Source of the DNA: the human T2T-CHM13v2.0 reference genome, Homo sapiens | Direction: 5' to 3' (one strand) | Length of the DNA: 64,000 nucleotides | NCBI RefSeq assembly: GCF_009914755.1 | Contig: NC_060948.1 | Part shown: positions 13,716 to 25,400 of the stretch, in pieces | Position numbering within the stretch: the first letter of the stretch is position 1 | Layout of the letters: each line of letters starts with the position of its first letter | Made by a program: the position numbers and the translations under genes | The notes under the pieces: generated by a model | Databases searched by the model: none | The model's input: the letters and a program-made list of their open reading frames with translations, nothing else | What the model was told of the DNA's origin: nothing

Positions 13716-13998
13716 GAGATTGAGTTTCACTCTGTTGCCCAGTCTGGACTGCAGGGGCATGATTTTGGCTCACTACAACCACTGCCTCCCAGGTTCAAGT
13801 GATTCTCCTCCCTCAGCCTCCAGAGCAACTAGAAATCCAGGTTCATGCCACCACATTCAGCTAATTTTTGTATTTTTGGTAGAGATGGTTTTTTGCCACG
13901 TTGGCCACGAGGGGGCTGGAACTCCTTACCTCAGGTGATCCACACACCTTGACCTCCCAAATTTCTGAGATTACAGGCATAAGCCATCGCGCCAGGCC
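13687..13998 (-). mobile_element. Full-length AluS
   Basis: Poly-T, then gagattgagtttcactctgttgccc…gattacaggcataagccatcgcgccaggcc. Confidence 0.93.
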
Positions 13999-14177
13999 GG
14001 TACTCTTGTTTCAACTGAAAGAAAGAAATGTGCTGTCATACTTTACTCCTGTGAGAAAGTCCAACAGAGAAGGAATCTAATAACATCCCAATTTCCAACT
14101 GATTTCAATAAACATTTTACATAATCTAAGAAATAGAAAGTGCGAACAAATTTGTCATGAGCATTAAAGTGAGCCAG

Positions 14178-14320
14178 CCTCCCAGCTACTCAGGAGGCTG
14201 AGGCAGGAGAGTGGCATGAACCCGGGAGGTGGAGCTTACAGTGAGCCCAGATTGTGCCAATACCCTCCAGCCTGGGTAACAGAGCGAGAATCCGTCTTAA
14301 AAAAAAAAAAAAAAAAAAAA
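14178..14320 (+). mobile_element. 5'-truncated AluY-like element with TSD
   Basis: Right arm plus A tail, flanked by AAAGTGAGCCAG (14166-14177) and AAAGTGAGCTAG (to 14330). Confidence 0.9.
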
Positions 14321-14419
14321 AGTGAGCTAGTTTCTATGTGCTAATTCAAATCAAAGATTTGGCCTCACTGGCCTAACTCCTTGGAATGAAGTATCTGCCA
14401 ACTGTCAAAAGTCAGGCTA

Positions 14420-14734
14420 CATGAGCTTCAGAGGCCTGCAGAGACCTCTGAATGACTTTGCTATGGAGAAGAGTCACACTCTCCAGGGCCTCCTCTCTGC
14501 TAAGAGCTGAACACTCAACTGGAAAGCCTGCCTACAGAGAGGAGCAAACCGTTCCTTTGAACTGTACTAACACTGAACAAAATGTTTCTTCTTGTTCAAC
14601 ATTCACTTCTCTGCTACCTCATTCTACCTCATTCTTCCTGACACTGGACAAGATCTTGGACAAAGGAGTCACAGCCACAGACGTTTCTGGCTAGAAAAAA
14701 AAAAACAACAACCAACACTCTAGAGATCGGTAAC
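14420..14734 (+). mobile_element. 3' part of an ERV1 LTR (LTR27/LTR28/MER52-like)
   Basis: cctcctctctgctaagagctgaacactc…cctgcctacagagaggagc…cacagacgtttctggctag…gatcggtaaca terminus. Confidence 0.6.
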
Positions 14735-16629
14735 AATAAAACAGAATTTCTAGTTCTCAAATTAAAAAAAATGAAGTTAAGATAATAGATAATACATTCA
14801 TTAGTTTACAAAAATAAAAACTAATAGTAGCATCCACTGTTGATGAAATTGTAGGTTCTAGAAGGAATGTGATTACTACAAGGTTTTCGGAAAGTAATTT
14901 GGTATTTAAATAGTTATAATTTTATTTAATATTACATAAATTTAGTATTTAAATAATTTCAATACATGGTACTTACAGCACTTGGCCCAGTTTTCACATT
15001 TTGTACCACTTATTAAATACAAATAAAATTACCAGGATTAAAAGATAAATATGCCATCATGTTTATTGTATCATTGTTATTAATACTAAAGATTTGGAAT
15101 TATAGAATTTTTCTCAAAATTAGAAAGATTAAATGGTACATCCATTGAAACCTTGGTATAAATATAATATTGATTATTATGTAACTATTAATGCAAATAA
15201 GATTGATATATGTGTTCCTTTGGAAGAAAATCTAAAATATATATTTTAGCAAAAGCGAATTATACAATATGCATGTATTGTGTGTGTACATGGATGTATG
15301 TATAGCAGTTTCACTTTCATAAACATGAACATAATCTTTGCAAATGTTTTATATGCAAAATTAACTTCGTGAAAATTATTGCCAAACTGCTGTTGGTGCT
15401 TATATTTGAAACTGGAAGAAGAAAAGAAGTTTATTAATTTATTTTCCACACATCTACTTATTTTCAAATGTTACAATGATTAATTTTTTGTAAGAGCACT
15501 GAGAAACCAACAAGCACTTCTAGTTTTTAATTTTACAGTAAAATGTAATTTCATTGGTATGCTTACAACAATATTGTGAGTATTAATATATGTTTTTACT
15601 TATAAAAAATTGAGTTTCATAAAGGTTAAATGACATATATAATGACACATATCAGAAAGTGCTAGTGCCACGACTCAAAAACTATTCTATTTGTGGTTCC
15701 AATTCATATACTTTCCAATTTATCTCATTATTTCTTGACTGTGTGTATGTAAATGTGTGTGTAAATGTTGAATTTTTCAGATGAATAAATTTGTGTAACA
15801 AATTGGATATAGATTAATTCAGTTCATGTTTTTTGATGTGCAGACCAAGGAATTGAGTAAAAGCCATATATCTCAGAGAATCACAAAGGTGAGAGAAATC
15901 GTACCAGTTTCACAACTTTTTTTTTTTTTTTTTTTTTTTGTAGAGAAAACCTGGGACCAAGTAGGGATGATTTTTCAGCTTACTGTAGTAAAAAACAAGA
16001 GCTTTGCATTCAGGCAGTAGCAGCATCTGTTTCCAACTGAGTCTTTTACTAATAGTGGCATGCACTGCTAAATATCCAAACGCCACTATCAACCACTCAA
16101 GACAAAACACCAAAGATTTATCCTCAATTTCTTCCTTCCTTAAAACTTTACATCAAATCCATAATTAAGTCTGCTAAACTTAGTTTCAGAATATTCCCAG
16201 TCAGACTATATTCTGCTCTCAATATCCACTGTAAATCCAAGCCACCATTATATTTTGCTTCATCTACTGCAATAGCTTCCCTAAAATTAACACTTTCTTA
16301 CTTTTGCCTTCTTATATTTATTCTCTGTAATATTCCCTTTTAAAAATATATATCTTATATTAAGTCATTCTTCTTAAGGGATGTTTGTGGAGGATATGTC
16401 GCAGAAAGAAACTACTCGCTTTACCAGCATCCAAGATGAGGCTCATGTCCAGTGCTCTAGCCTCATATCTCAGGCCCACCCCTTATTCCAGAGTAAATAG
16501 TATTTTATTCAAGTTGCCCATATTTTCAAGTTCTGTCTTGGTTCAGAGCTTTCTCCCTTTGCTTTTTCCCATACTGTTTTCTGTTAGTCTTCTCAGAGCT
16601 GACACTTTCTTCTTTTCAGGTCTTAGATT

Positions 16630-16800
16630 ACGCTTTATTTTCTCACAGCTCTGGACATCAGAATTGTGAAATGGGTTCAGCAAACTATAATCAAAGTGTA
16701 GGCATGGCTGCATTTCTTCTAGAGTCTCTACGAGAGAGTCCATTCCCTTTTTTTTTTTTCTAGCATCTAGAAGTCATACTGCCCACCACATTCTTGAACA
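16630..16800 (-). mobile_element. MLT1 LTR fragment
   Basis: tttattttctcacagctctgga…atcaaagtgtaggcatggctgcatttcttctagagtctct is the typical antisense MLT1 end. Confidence 0.55.
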
Positions 16801-17369
16801 CTGACCTTATTGCCTTCTCCAAGTCTTACTAAAAACATCTACTTTTGAAATTTCTCAGATATTGAATTATCTCTGCTGATACAGCCTTTTTATCTTTTCT
16901 TTTAAGTCCTTGAACACAATTTTAAGAAATGTTTTAAGGCCCTTGTGTGTGAATTCCAACATTTGGGTCATGCAAGAGTCTGATTTCTTATTTATCTCTC
17001 CTATGTCAATATGCTCCTGTTTCTTTATACATGTAATAACATTTTTCTGTGAACTGCAGTTGCATGTTTAGATAAGGGATTTGTTTTCTTTCTCTGAAGA
17101 AGGTTGGCATTTGCTCTATCAGAAATTGTTGGCTAGTGATATTGATGTTGTAGAACCTTTGTCTTATTCTTTACTGGGATGAGACTGTTTGGATTTTATC
17201 CTTATTCTCATTGTGAACTCTTTATTCTTAGCATCCAGATTTTCTTCCTAAAGTGTATCCTTTCTGCAATTTCAATAGGAAGCCAAAGGTTTTTGTCTAC
17301 TCTCTCTATCTTAGTAGGACTCAAACTCCACTACCCTGACTAGAACTACCAGTAGTTTGAGTTTTCTAA

Positions 17370-17968
17370 CAGGTGTTGCCTCTCACAAGAGGGCATTAGC
17401 TGTGGGCGTCTGCCTGCAGACCCTGGCCCAAACAACAGATGAATAAAATGTACACTGACACACAGGTATTCTGTTTTGCTAGTCCTGCTGTGTCTGACTG
17501 CCTGCACACCAAGACAGGTTTGTCACTGCAGCAGACCCTGAGCAGCTAGCACTCCAGGCATTTATTTAGTATACAATTACCAACAGAAGCTTTGAGTAAT
17601 TACACTTGAGGATAATGAACTTGGTTAAGACAGTAGTTCTATGAATGATTAAAGCTCAGGTACTGTAGTCTAAGTGAATACCATTAGGGGACAATATCCT
17701 TGGTCCACCTCCCCCTGAGAGGGCCATTTGGTACAAAGGTTAGTTAATGGAGGTAGGATAAACAGACTTAACTGGGGAAGCCTCAATTGTCCCTTGTATT
17801 TACCCTATGACATAATGTTCCAAGGTAAGAACTAGCTGCCTTCAATCTGTTCAATTATTACAAGCTAGGTAACCTTTTGGCCTTACGAAAGGTTTGTGAC
17901 TATTCCCTAGAACTTCCCCTAATATTTCCCTTTACTATTTCTGCCACCATCCTGAGTGAATCCCAACA
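17370..17968 (-). mobile_element. LTR22-family 3' LTR of the HML-5 provirus
   Basis: Minus strand starts TGTTGGGATTCACTCAGGATGGTGGCAGAAAT at 17968, immediately after the polypurine tract AAAAATGGGGAAA. Confidence 0.85.
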
Positions 17969-17989
17969 TTTCCCCATTTTTGTTTTCTT

Positions 17990-19825
17990 TATTAGGGTTT
18001 TTTGATTGCAGAGCACAGATATGTGCAGCCACAGGATTTTCAGATGAGGCAGTCACTGCTCTTATTTAGACTTTGCATCCTAGGATTAGCAAATAACATA
18101 AGACAAACATGAGCATAATTAGCAAAAATCTTTTCCAGTCAAAGAGTATCCCCCAGGAGTTAGGGTCCAAGTAGGAGAGATGATCTTGTACTCCCTTCCA
18201 CATGGCTGTTGGGTGTGCAGATCTGTGGTGTGAACAGATTTTAAAATTTTAGTTTTAACTTGCTTCATGTCTGCAGTTAAACTGTTATAAAAGGTTCCCC
18301 AGAGGTGTTGTTTCACCTCACCCTAGCTATACATTAATTGGTTCCATGGTAGAGAAGTGACACAGGTATGTTTATGTTGCCATTCACATTTTCACTGTTG
18401 ACAGAATGCTAGTGCATCTTGTGGCTCTCCCGCATACTCTTTCCTTACTGTAGGAGAAGTTCATCACATATATTTTTGGCCAGATTATCTACAAAAGCAG
18501 TTGTTTGTACTGATTCAGTAATAGATACAACAGCAATGCTAACAGTTGCCATAATGTCTATGGCTGAGCCTGTAAAGACCATAAGTGTAAATGTGAATCT
18601 TTTGTGTCTGACCTGGGACAGGGCACTTTCTAAGGTGGCAAGGGCAGAAGAATCTTGCCAATTGCATGTCAAATTGGCTGGTAGAAGTGCCTCAGATTGT
18701 CTCCTTAATACCACGACACTGGAAGTTTTTAAACTAGACATATCATGACCAGTGATACATGAGGCAAACCAAGCCTGTCCCTGCACCCGGGTCACAAATG
18801 TGGCATTTCCAGGTGTAATGGAAATGTTAGTTCCTGTAAGGAAAACATATGGATGGGTAGTGCAAACCAGGCACTGATCAGTGTGAGTATGAATAAAGGC
18901 TATAGTGTAGTTGAGCCTGGAATTATGATATCTCCCATAGCAGGTGTTAAGAGAGGTGCTAAGATGTCCCAGGTGCCATAAGGTGCCTTGGGTTGGTATG
19001 GGGTTTACTCAGGGTCTGGGGATATCCCATCCCTCCATCGGCCCAAATTACAGGGGAACGAGACATGGCTATAAAATATTGTGGTTAATGCTACGATGCA
19101 GAAAGACATTTGTAAGCGTGCCCTGCAGTTGGCCATGGAGACTCCACTCTAAGATGTTTTAATTGCCCAACCAGAGACTATGAGACTTCCCAGCTAAAGT
19201 GAAATCCATTATTTTCTTGGCTCTGTTCTTTAGTACGGGAAGGAATATTTGGGAAAGCAGCATGGATTGCATTGCCCAGTTTGAGGTTATCTGTAGCTAA
19301 AACTGTTAAGGCACTTTTTTTGCCATGATGTACCCATACTTGTCTTGGAGCAGTTACACAGTAAGGGTTAGAGCCTTTATAACTTAGAAGCGGTGAGAGG
19401 ATAGTGTAGTGCTATATAGTGTTATCTGGCACCTTAGGGAAATGTGTGTTATTATTGAGGGACCCTACTTGGTGTAAATCTATCCGTCCTAGCCAAGCAG
19501 TCATGTTGTTACAGAGTGGGAAGGGAGTTATCTGCCCAGGTGACAGGGTGAAAGAAAAGTGGGCCATTTTAGGCTCATATTTAGGGCTCATATTTTAATG
19601 AGCCCAATAGAGTGTAGCAGGTACAGTTTGCAGGCAAAGCGAGAGTATAAAAATGATCAATACCCTATGTGAGTCGCATTGTACAATAGATAGCATAGAA
19701 AGAAACAAAATAACTGGAGTAAATGGTGCCTGTGTCTGGAGCAGGATTTGTTCAGCCTCCTCTGGAACTGTGGGTCTTACTGGGTTAACTCTTTCAATTC
19801 CGGTACTAGATTGGACCCTAGCCAT
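17990..19825 (-). pseudogene. env: HML-5 env remnant
   Basis: ORF 19595-19825 gives a long leader and hydrophobic signal ending LYWAH. ORF 18445-18795 has the SU/TM furin site RHKR followed by a fusion peptide (FTFTLMVFTGSAIDIMATVSIAVV). Confidence 0.85.
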
Positions 19826-19930
19826 GCCATGTTATGGTTGGTGCCTCGTGCTGGAATCCAAAGAGGACTTGAGGGGGTGTAAACACAAGCCTACCCTCTC
19901 CCCCATGTTAATAATTCATTAAGACCACAC

Positions 19931-21482
19931 TGTGTCCAGAATTGGTGGGTTCTTGGTCTCACTGACTTCAAGAATGAAGCCACGGACCCTCGCGGTGAGT
20001 GTTGCAGCTCTTAAGGTGGCGCGTCTGGAGTCTGTCCCTTCTGATGTTCAGATGTGTTCGGAGTTTCTTCCTTCTGGTGGGTTCGTGATCTTGCTGGATC
20101 AGGCGTGAAGCTGCAGACCTTCACGGTGAGTGTTACAGCTCTTAAGGTAGCGCGTCTGGAGTTGTTGGTTCCTCCCGGTGGGCTCGTGGTCTTGCCAGGC
20201 TCAGGAGTGAAGCTGTAGATCTTCGCAGTGAGTGTTACAGCTCATAAAAGCAGCGTGGACACAAAGAGTGAGCAGTAACAAGATTTATTGCAAAGAGCGA
20301 AAGAACAAAGCTTCCACAGTGTGGAAGGGGACCCGAGCAGGTTGCCAATGCTGGCTCCGGAGGCAGCCTGCTTTTATTCTCTTATCTGGCCCCACCCACA
20401 TCCTGCTGATTGGTAGAGCCGAGTGGCCTGTTTTGTCAGGGTGCTGATTGGTGCATTTACAATCCCTGAGCTAGATACAAAGGTTCTCCACGTCCCCATC
20501 AGATTAGTTAGATACAGAGTTTTGTCACACAGGTTCTCCAAGGCCCCACCAGAGCAGCTAGATACAGAGTGTTGACTGGTGCACTCACAAACCTTGAGCT
20601 AAACACAGAGTGCTGACTGGTGTATTTACAATCCTAGAGCTAGATACAGAGTGCCGATTGGTGTATTTACAATCCCTGAGCTAGACATAAAGGTTCTCCA
20701 CGTCCTCACCAGAGCAGCTAGATACAGAGTGTTGATTGGTGCACTCACAAACCTTGAGCTAAACACAGGGTGCTGATTGGTGTATTTACAATCCCTGAGC
20801 TAGATATAAAGGCTCTCCATGTCCCCACCAGACTCAGGAGCCCAGCTGGCTTCACCTAGTGGATCCCACACCGGGGCTGCAGGTGGAGCTGCCTGCCAGT
20901 CCTGTGCCGTGCGCTCACATTCCTCAGCCCTTGGGTGGTCGATGGGACTGGGTGCCGTGGAGCAGGGGGTGGTGCTCATCGGGGAGGCTCGGGCCGCACA
21001 GGAGCCCATGGAGTGGGTGGGAGGCTCAGGCATGGCGGGCTGCAGGTCCCGAGCCCTGCCCCATGGGAAGGCAGGTAAGGCCCGGCGAGAAATCAAGCGC
21101 AGTGCCGGTGAGCCAGCCCGGCTGGGGCACTCAGTACACCCTCCGCAGCCACTGGCTCGGGTGCTAAGTCCCCCATTGCCTGGGGCCAGCAGGGCTGGCC
21201 GGCTGCTCCGAGTGTGGGGCCCACCAAGCCCACGCCCACCCGGAACCCCAGCTGGCCCGCAAGCACGGCACACAGCCCCGGTTCCCGCTCGTGCGTCTCC
21301 CTCCACACCTCCCTGCAAGCTGAGGTAGTGGGCTCCGGCCTTGGCCAGCCTGGAAAGGGACTCCCACAGTGAAGTGGGGGACTGAAGGGCTCCTCAAATG
21401 CCACCAAAGTGGGAGCCCAGGCAGGGGAGGTGCCGAGAGCAAGCGAGGGCTCTGAGGACTGCCAGCACGCTCTCACCTCTCA
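19931..21482 (-). mobile_element. Solo LTR12C (ERV9 LTR), full length
   Basis: Minus strand TGAGAGGTGAGAGCGTGCTGGCAGTCC … CCCACCAATTCTGGACACA. Perfect 4-bp TSD ACAC (19927-19930 and 21483-21486). GC-rich U3 and tandem CCAAT/GATA enhancer repeats. Confidence 0.95.
20370..20810 (-). promoter_or_regulatory. LTR12C U3 enhancer repeats and promoter (NF-Y CCAAT boxes, GATA sites, AATAAA-type TATA box)
   Basis: Repeated gtgctgattggtgtatttacaatccctgagctagata units with five intact ATTGG and two ACTGG variants. Minus-strand AATAAA at 20373-20378. Confidence 0.75.
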
Positions 21483-23959
21483 ACACCATTCATTACTGTT
21501 TACATCTTTCCATAAAACTGCAGGTTTTATGCCTTGAGAGGTTTTAGCAAAGTGCTTTTCTACAACTGATTGAAATTTGTCATCTGAATTTAAAACATTA
21601 AGGGTAAATAAGGCCTGTGCCAGTAGTGTTGCAGCGTGCTTACTTATATTACCCTGTCTCTGTTATTAGTGCACATTTTTAAGGGTGAAGTGTCTGTGTT
21701 CTACTATTGCCTATCCTTGGGGGTTATATGGGATGCCTGTGGAATGTTGGAGTTTCCACCTGTGACAAAATTGTTGAAATCGTGAGCTGGTATAAGCTGG
21801 ACCATTAAAAGTGTTCATTTTTGTGGGTCATCCCATAAATGCAAAAGTTAAAAGAAGATGTTTAATGACATATTGAGTAGGCTCTCCAGGCAAAGCATGT
21901 GCACTGATTAAATGACTGTTGGTATCAATGGATATATGCACATATCTTAGTTTCCCAAATTCAGGGATGTCTGTAACATCTGTTTGCCACAACTGATTAG
22001 GTTCGAATCCTGTAGGGTTCACACCTGTAGAAGGAGGGGGCGTGCCTGTGCGCTGGAAATCTGGGCATTGTAGGATAATTTGTTTAGCTAGCCTCTGGGT
22101 AAGTTGAAAATGGTTTAGATAAATTTCTCCAATTTTGGTGGAAAAATTGATGTGATTGGGTGGCTTGGTCTAGCAGTGATGTCATAACCTGAAGGTCTGC
22201 TTGTTCGTTGCCATAAGCCAATGGGCCAGGGAGTGGGCTGTGGGCTCGAATGTGTGTAGTAAAAATAGGATGTGAACATTAGTCTAGAATTGTTTAAGTC
22301 AGAGAAAAAGAGTAAACAGAGCTGGCTCCAGAGTGGACTTAATCAGTGCTGTTTCAAAGTTTTGTAACAAATAAACAGAGTATGCAGAATCACCTAACTA
22401 TATTTATGGGCTGAGTGGAAAAAGTTTCTAAGGCCAACCAAACTCAGAGCCCCAGTTGCAGCTCTCTGCATGCTAGTAAACCCAGTTCAAGTGATTGAAT
22501 AGTGTGGTCTCCTCCAGACTGCCACTTTTCCATGTTTAGCAGACCCCTCAGTAAACAGTGTTAAAGGATTAGGCATGGGGGTGTAAATTATTTTTATAGG
22601 CATTATTATCAGAGTGTGAGATAAGAAATGAAGGACTTCATCAGTAGGGAGGATGTGCTCTATTTGCCCTGTGTAATCAGAGAAAGCTATTTGCAGGTCT
22701 ATTGCCAAAGGTAATACTGCTTCAAATTGCTTTTTACTTAAAGGAATCCTGATGACATCAGGGTCATAACCTAGTAACTGACTGCAATGTTTGCAACCTG
22801 AATAGATGACTTTAGTAATTAAGTGAATATAGAGAGACAGTGTTTTACTTCCAGTATGTGAACAAAAAACCCATTTTAGGAAATGTAGCCCAGGGGTCAT
22901 TTGTCCTAGTAACCCTGTAGGGGAGTGTTTGTTGGGAAATACAAACAACTGAATTGAATATCATAGATCAATATGATCTAGCTGCCTCTGAGAGATGGCT
23001 AGCTCCATTTCCTCAATTTCTCTTGTTGCTGCAGGGATTAAATATCTGGAAGAATCAAGAGCTGGATTGCCTTTTAAGATAGAAAAAAGGTTTTGTAGTT
23101 TATTAGTAAGAATTCCTAAAATGGGATGGAGCCAGGTAATATCACCCAGTAATTTCTGATAATTACTTAATGTGTGTAATTTGCTAGTATTTAGTTTAAC
23201 CTTTTGAGGTCTTACTGACTGGGAGGTTAACAGATATCCAATTTATTTCCAAGGAGAGAGCATTGGACATTTGTACTTTTCCAGGTGCAATGACTAAACT
23301 TCTCAGCTGTGCATTCTTTATGACAGAAGTAAACAAATTTAAAAGTGTTGGCCCATTTGGAGCTACTAGTAGAATATCATCCATAGGATGAATAATTTTA
23401 TAGTCAGGAAATTCTTTTCTACTAGAGAGCAAAGATTGATTTACATGAAACTGACACATGGTAGGACTATTTAGCATCCTTTGAGGAAGCATTTTCTAAT
23501 AAAATTGACAAGCTGGATTTTCATTATTGATAGCTGGTTTTGTAAATGGAAATTTTTCTCTCTCCTGTTCTGTTTTACTGGCTTATTGGACACAGGGGTG
23601 GACATCGGATAAATGGTATAGAAGCAATCTTTTAAGTCAATAACAATTATAGGTCAATCTTGAGGGATTGCTGCTGGGGAGGGGAGGCCCTTTGAAGGAG
23701 TCCCAGGGGCTGTAAATTAGCATTAATAGCACATCAGTCATGTAAAAGCCTCCATTTCACAGACTTTTTGGCAATGATGAAAATAGGCAAATTCCTGGGG
23801 CTGGTAGAATGTTCAAGATGTCCAGCCTTTAACTGCTCCTCAACTAACACATGAATCCTCTGTAGTTTCTCTACCTTCAGAGGCCACTCTTCTAAGCAGA
23901 CCGGATCTTGAGAGAGCCAAGTCAGAGGTAGCGGAGGAATAACCACAGTGGTCATTGTT

Positions 23960-25400
23960 AGAAAGGGGTTTGCAGTGTGCCCCGCCCCCCAACAATTGCG
24001 CTAATAATTCCCATCCCCAGAGATTAACAGGGATAGGTGTAGTGCCTAACCTTGTTTTTACTCTAATGCGTTACTTTTAAATTTTCCTTGCTTGTCTCCT
24101 TAGTTACCCAGCCTTGTTTTTCCCATACAAGTAAGACTTCCTCTTGTCTGGGAAAGCCAGACAAACTCCATGTGGCTTCCTGATTTACCAGACATTAAGG
24201 GGTCCTTACCCAACCCCTTCCTCAAGGAGTTAACCTGTGTAAGCAGATCCTCAGCATATGGAAGGAGCCCAATTAACTGATAAGGTACTGAAACAAACAA
24301 TGTAAGAAGTTCCCAGGATTTTACTCAAAGAAATAACAACATAAAGCCTTGAGACCATGCCTGGCATAACATCTATATCTAACTCTAATGAAGGATTTAG
24401 AGCCCCACACCTGGTTACACTGCTTTTTTTGTAACCATTTGTCTTTTAAATTGTTTGTCTCTCTGTAACCATTTGTTTCTTTGATTCTTGCATGTTTTTA
24501 CTTCTGTAGAATTATTGCATTTGAGTTCCCCTCCCCTTCCTAAACCAAAGTATAAAAGTTAATCAAGCCCATTCCTCGGGGCTGAGAGAATTTTGAGCAT
24601 TAGCCATCTCTTTGGCCGCTGGCTTAAATAATTCATCTCAAAGTGCGGCGTTTTCTCTCACTCATCTGGGTATAACAATGGGCGTGATCAGAGGTTGTAT
24701 AACTGCCTTTCTTCCTTCTGAATCATAGCATGTTCAGGGGTGTGTGCTCTGTTTGGCTGTGTGTGCTTCCCCGATGCTGACAATTTTCTATTTCTCAGTG
24801 ATCCAAGTCCAAATTTCTGGCCAGTTCTGATCACTAATGACTGAAATGTCAACCCCTGTGTCCAATAAGCCAGTAAAATTATTATTACCAAGTTTTAAGG
24901 TAATCATGGGTCTCCGATCAGTGATTAATTGATTCCAATATATTCCTGTAGCTCCTGTGCTTCCAAAACTTCCCTTTCCCCTTTCCTTCCCATGGGTATT
25001 AGGGTCTCACTATGGTAAAGTCTTTCACTAAGCTATTTTTGATCCAGGGGGAAGAATATGCAGACCTTTATATTCCATTATAACCAATATCTGATCTTGG
25101 TCATCACTATCAATTACCCCAGAGAGCATATTAATTCCTTTACTGGATAGGCTAGGCTGCCCAAGGACTAATCCTGCTGTTCCTAGAGGCAGCGGGCCAC
25201 AGATCCCAGTCTCAACCATTTTAGGGCTTTCTCCCTCTTTTAGCACTAATTTGGCAGGGCAGAGAAAGTCCAGTCATGCACTCCCAGTAGTGGCTGCTCT
25301 AAGAGAGAGAACTGTGGGCTTTCCAGCTGACCAAGGAAAGCTGTCGGCATTGTCCCAGTTGGGATCAGGGCTTGGGGCTGGCCCCTCATGAAGTTTCTCG
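23960..25400 (-). pseudogene. pro: HML-5 pro (dUTPase plus aspartic protease) remnant, interrupted by a solo LTR
   Basis: dUTPase motifs TGICGPLP…GLVLG…SLSSKG…GVIDSD (ORF 25028-25246). Active site GLLDTGVDIS at about 24842-24871. C-terminal IQPLITP/IPVNLWG is split by the LTR. Confidence 0.88.
24038..24677 (+). mobile_element. Solo ERV1 LTR (LTR6/HERV-S71-related; exact subfamily uncertain)
   Basis: TGTAGTGCCTAACCTTGTTTTTACT … GGGTATAACA, with TATAAAA at about 24551. 5-bp TSD ATAGG/ATGGG, whose removal restores the protease frame. Confidence 0.8.

Larger units (their letters stand above)
19830..23975 (-). pseudogene. pol: HML-5 pol remnant (RT-RNaseH-IN), interrupted by LTR12C
   Basis: KWRLLHD, DLKDCFYT, LPQRMLNSPTMCQ, IIHPMDDILL (YMDD mutated), LFTEGS (RNase H), LWQTDVT…IDTNS (integrase). 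WKDVNSNEWCG/LNELLTWGRG is split by the LTR12C insertion. Confidence 0.9.

Noticed and set aside
20400-20810. Regularly spaced repeats of about 40 bp with variable intervening sequence, superficially CRISPR-like
   Set aside because: These are the U3 enhancer repeats of LTR12C. The spacers are themselves repeated, the context is eukaryotic and there are no cas genes.
20800-21476. Five overlapping 92-172 aa ORFs on both strands
   Set aside because: Stop-poor GC-rich LTR12C U3 sequence, with no protein family signal.
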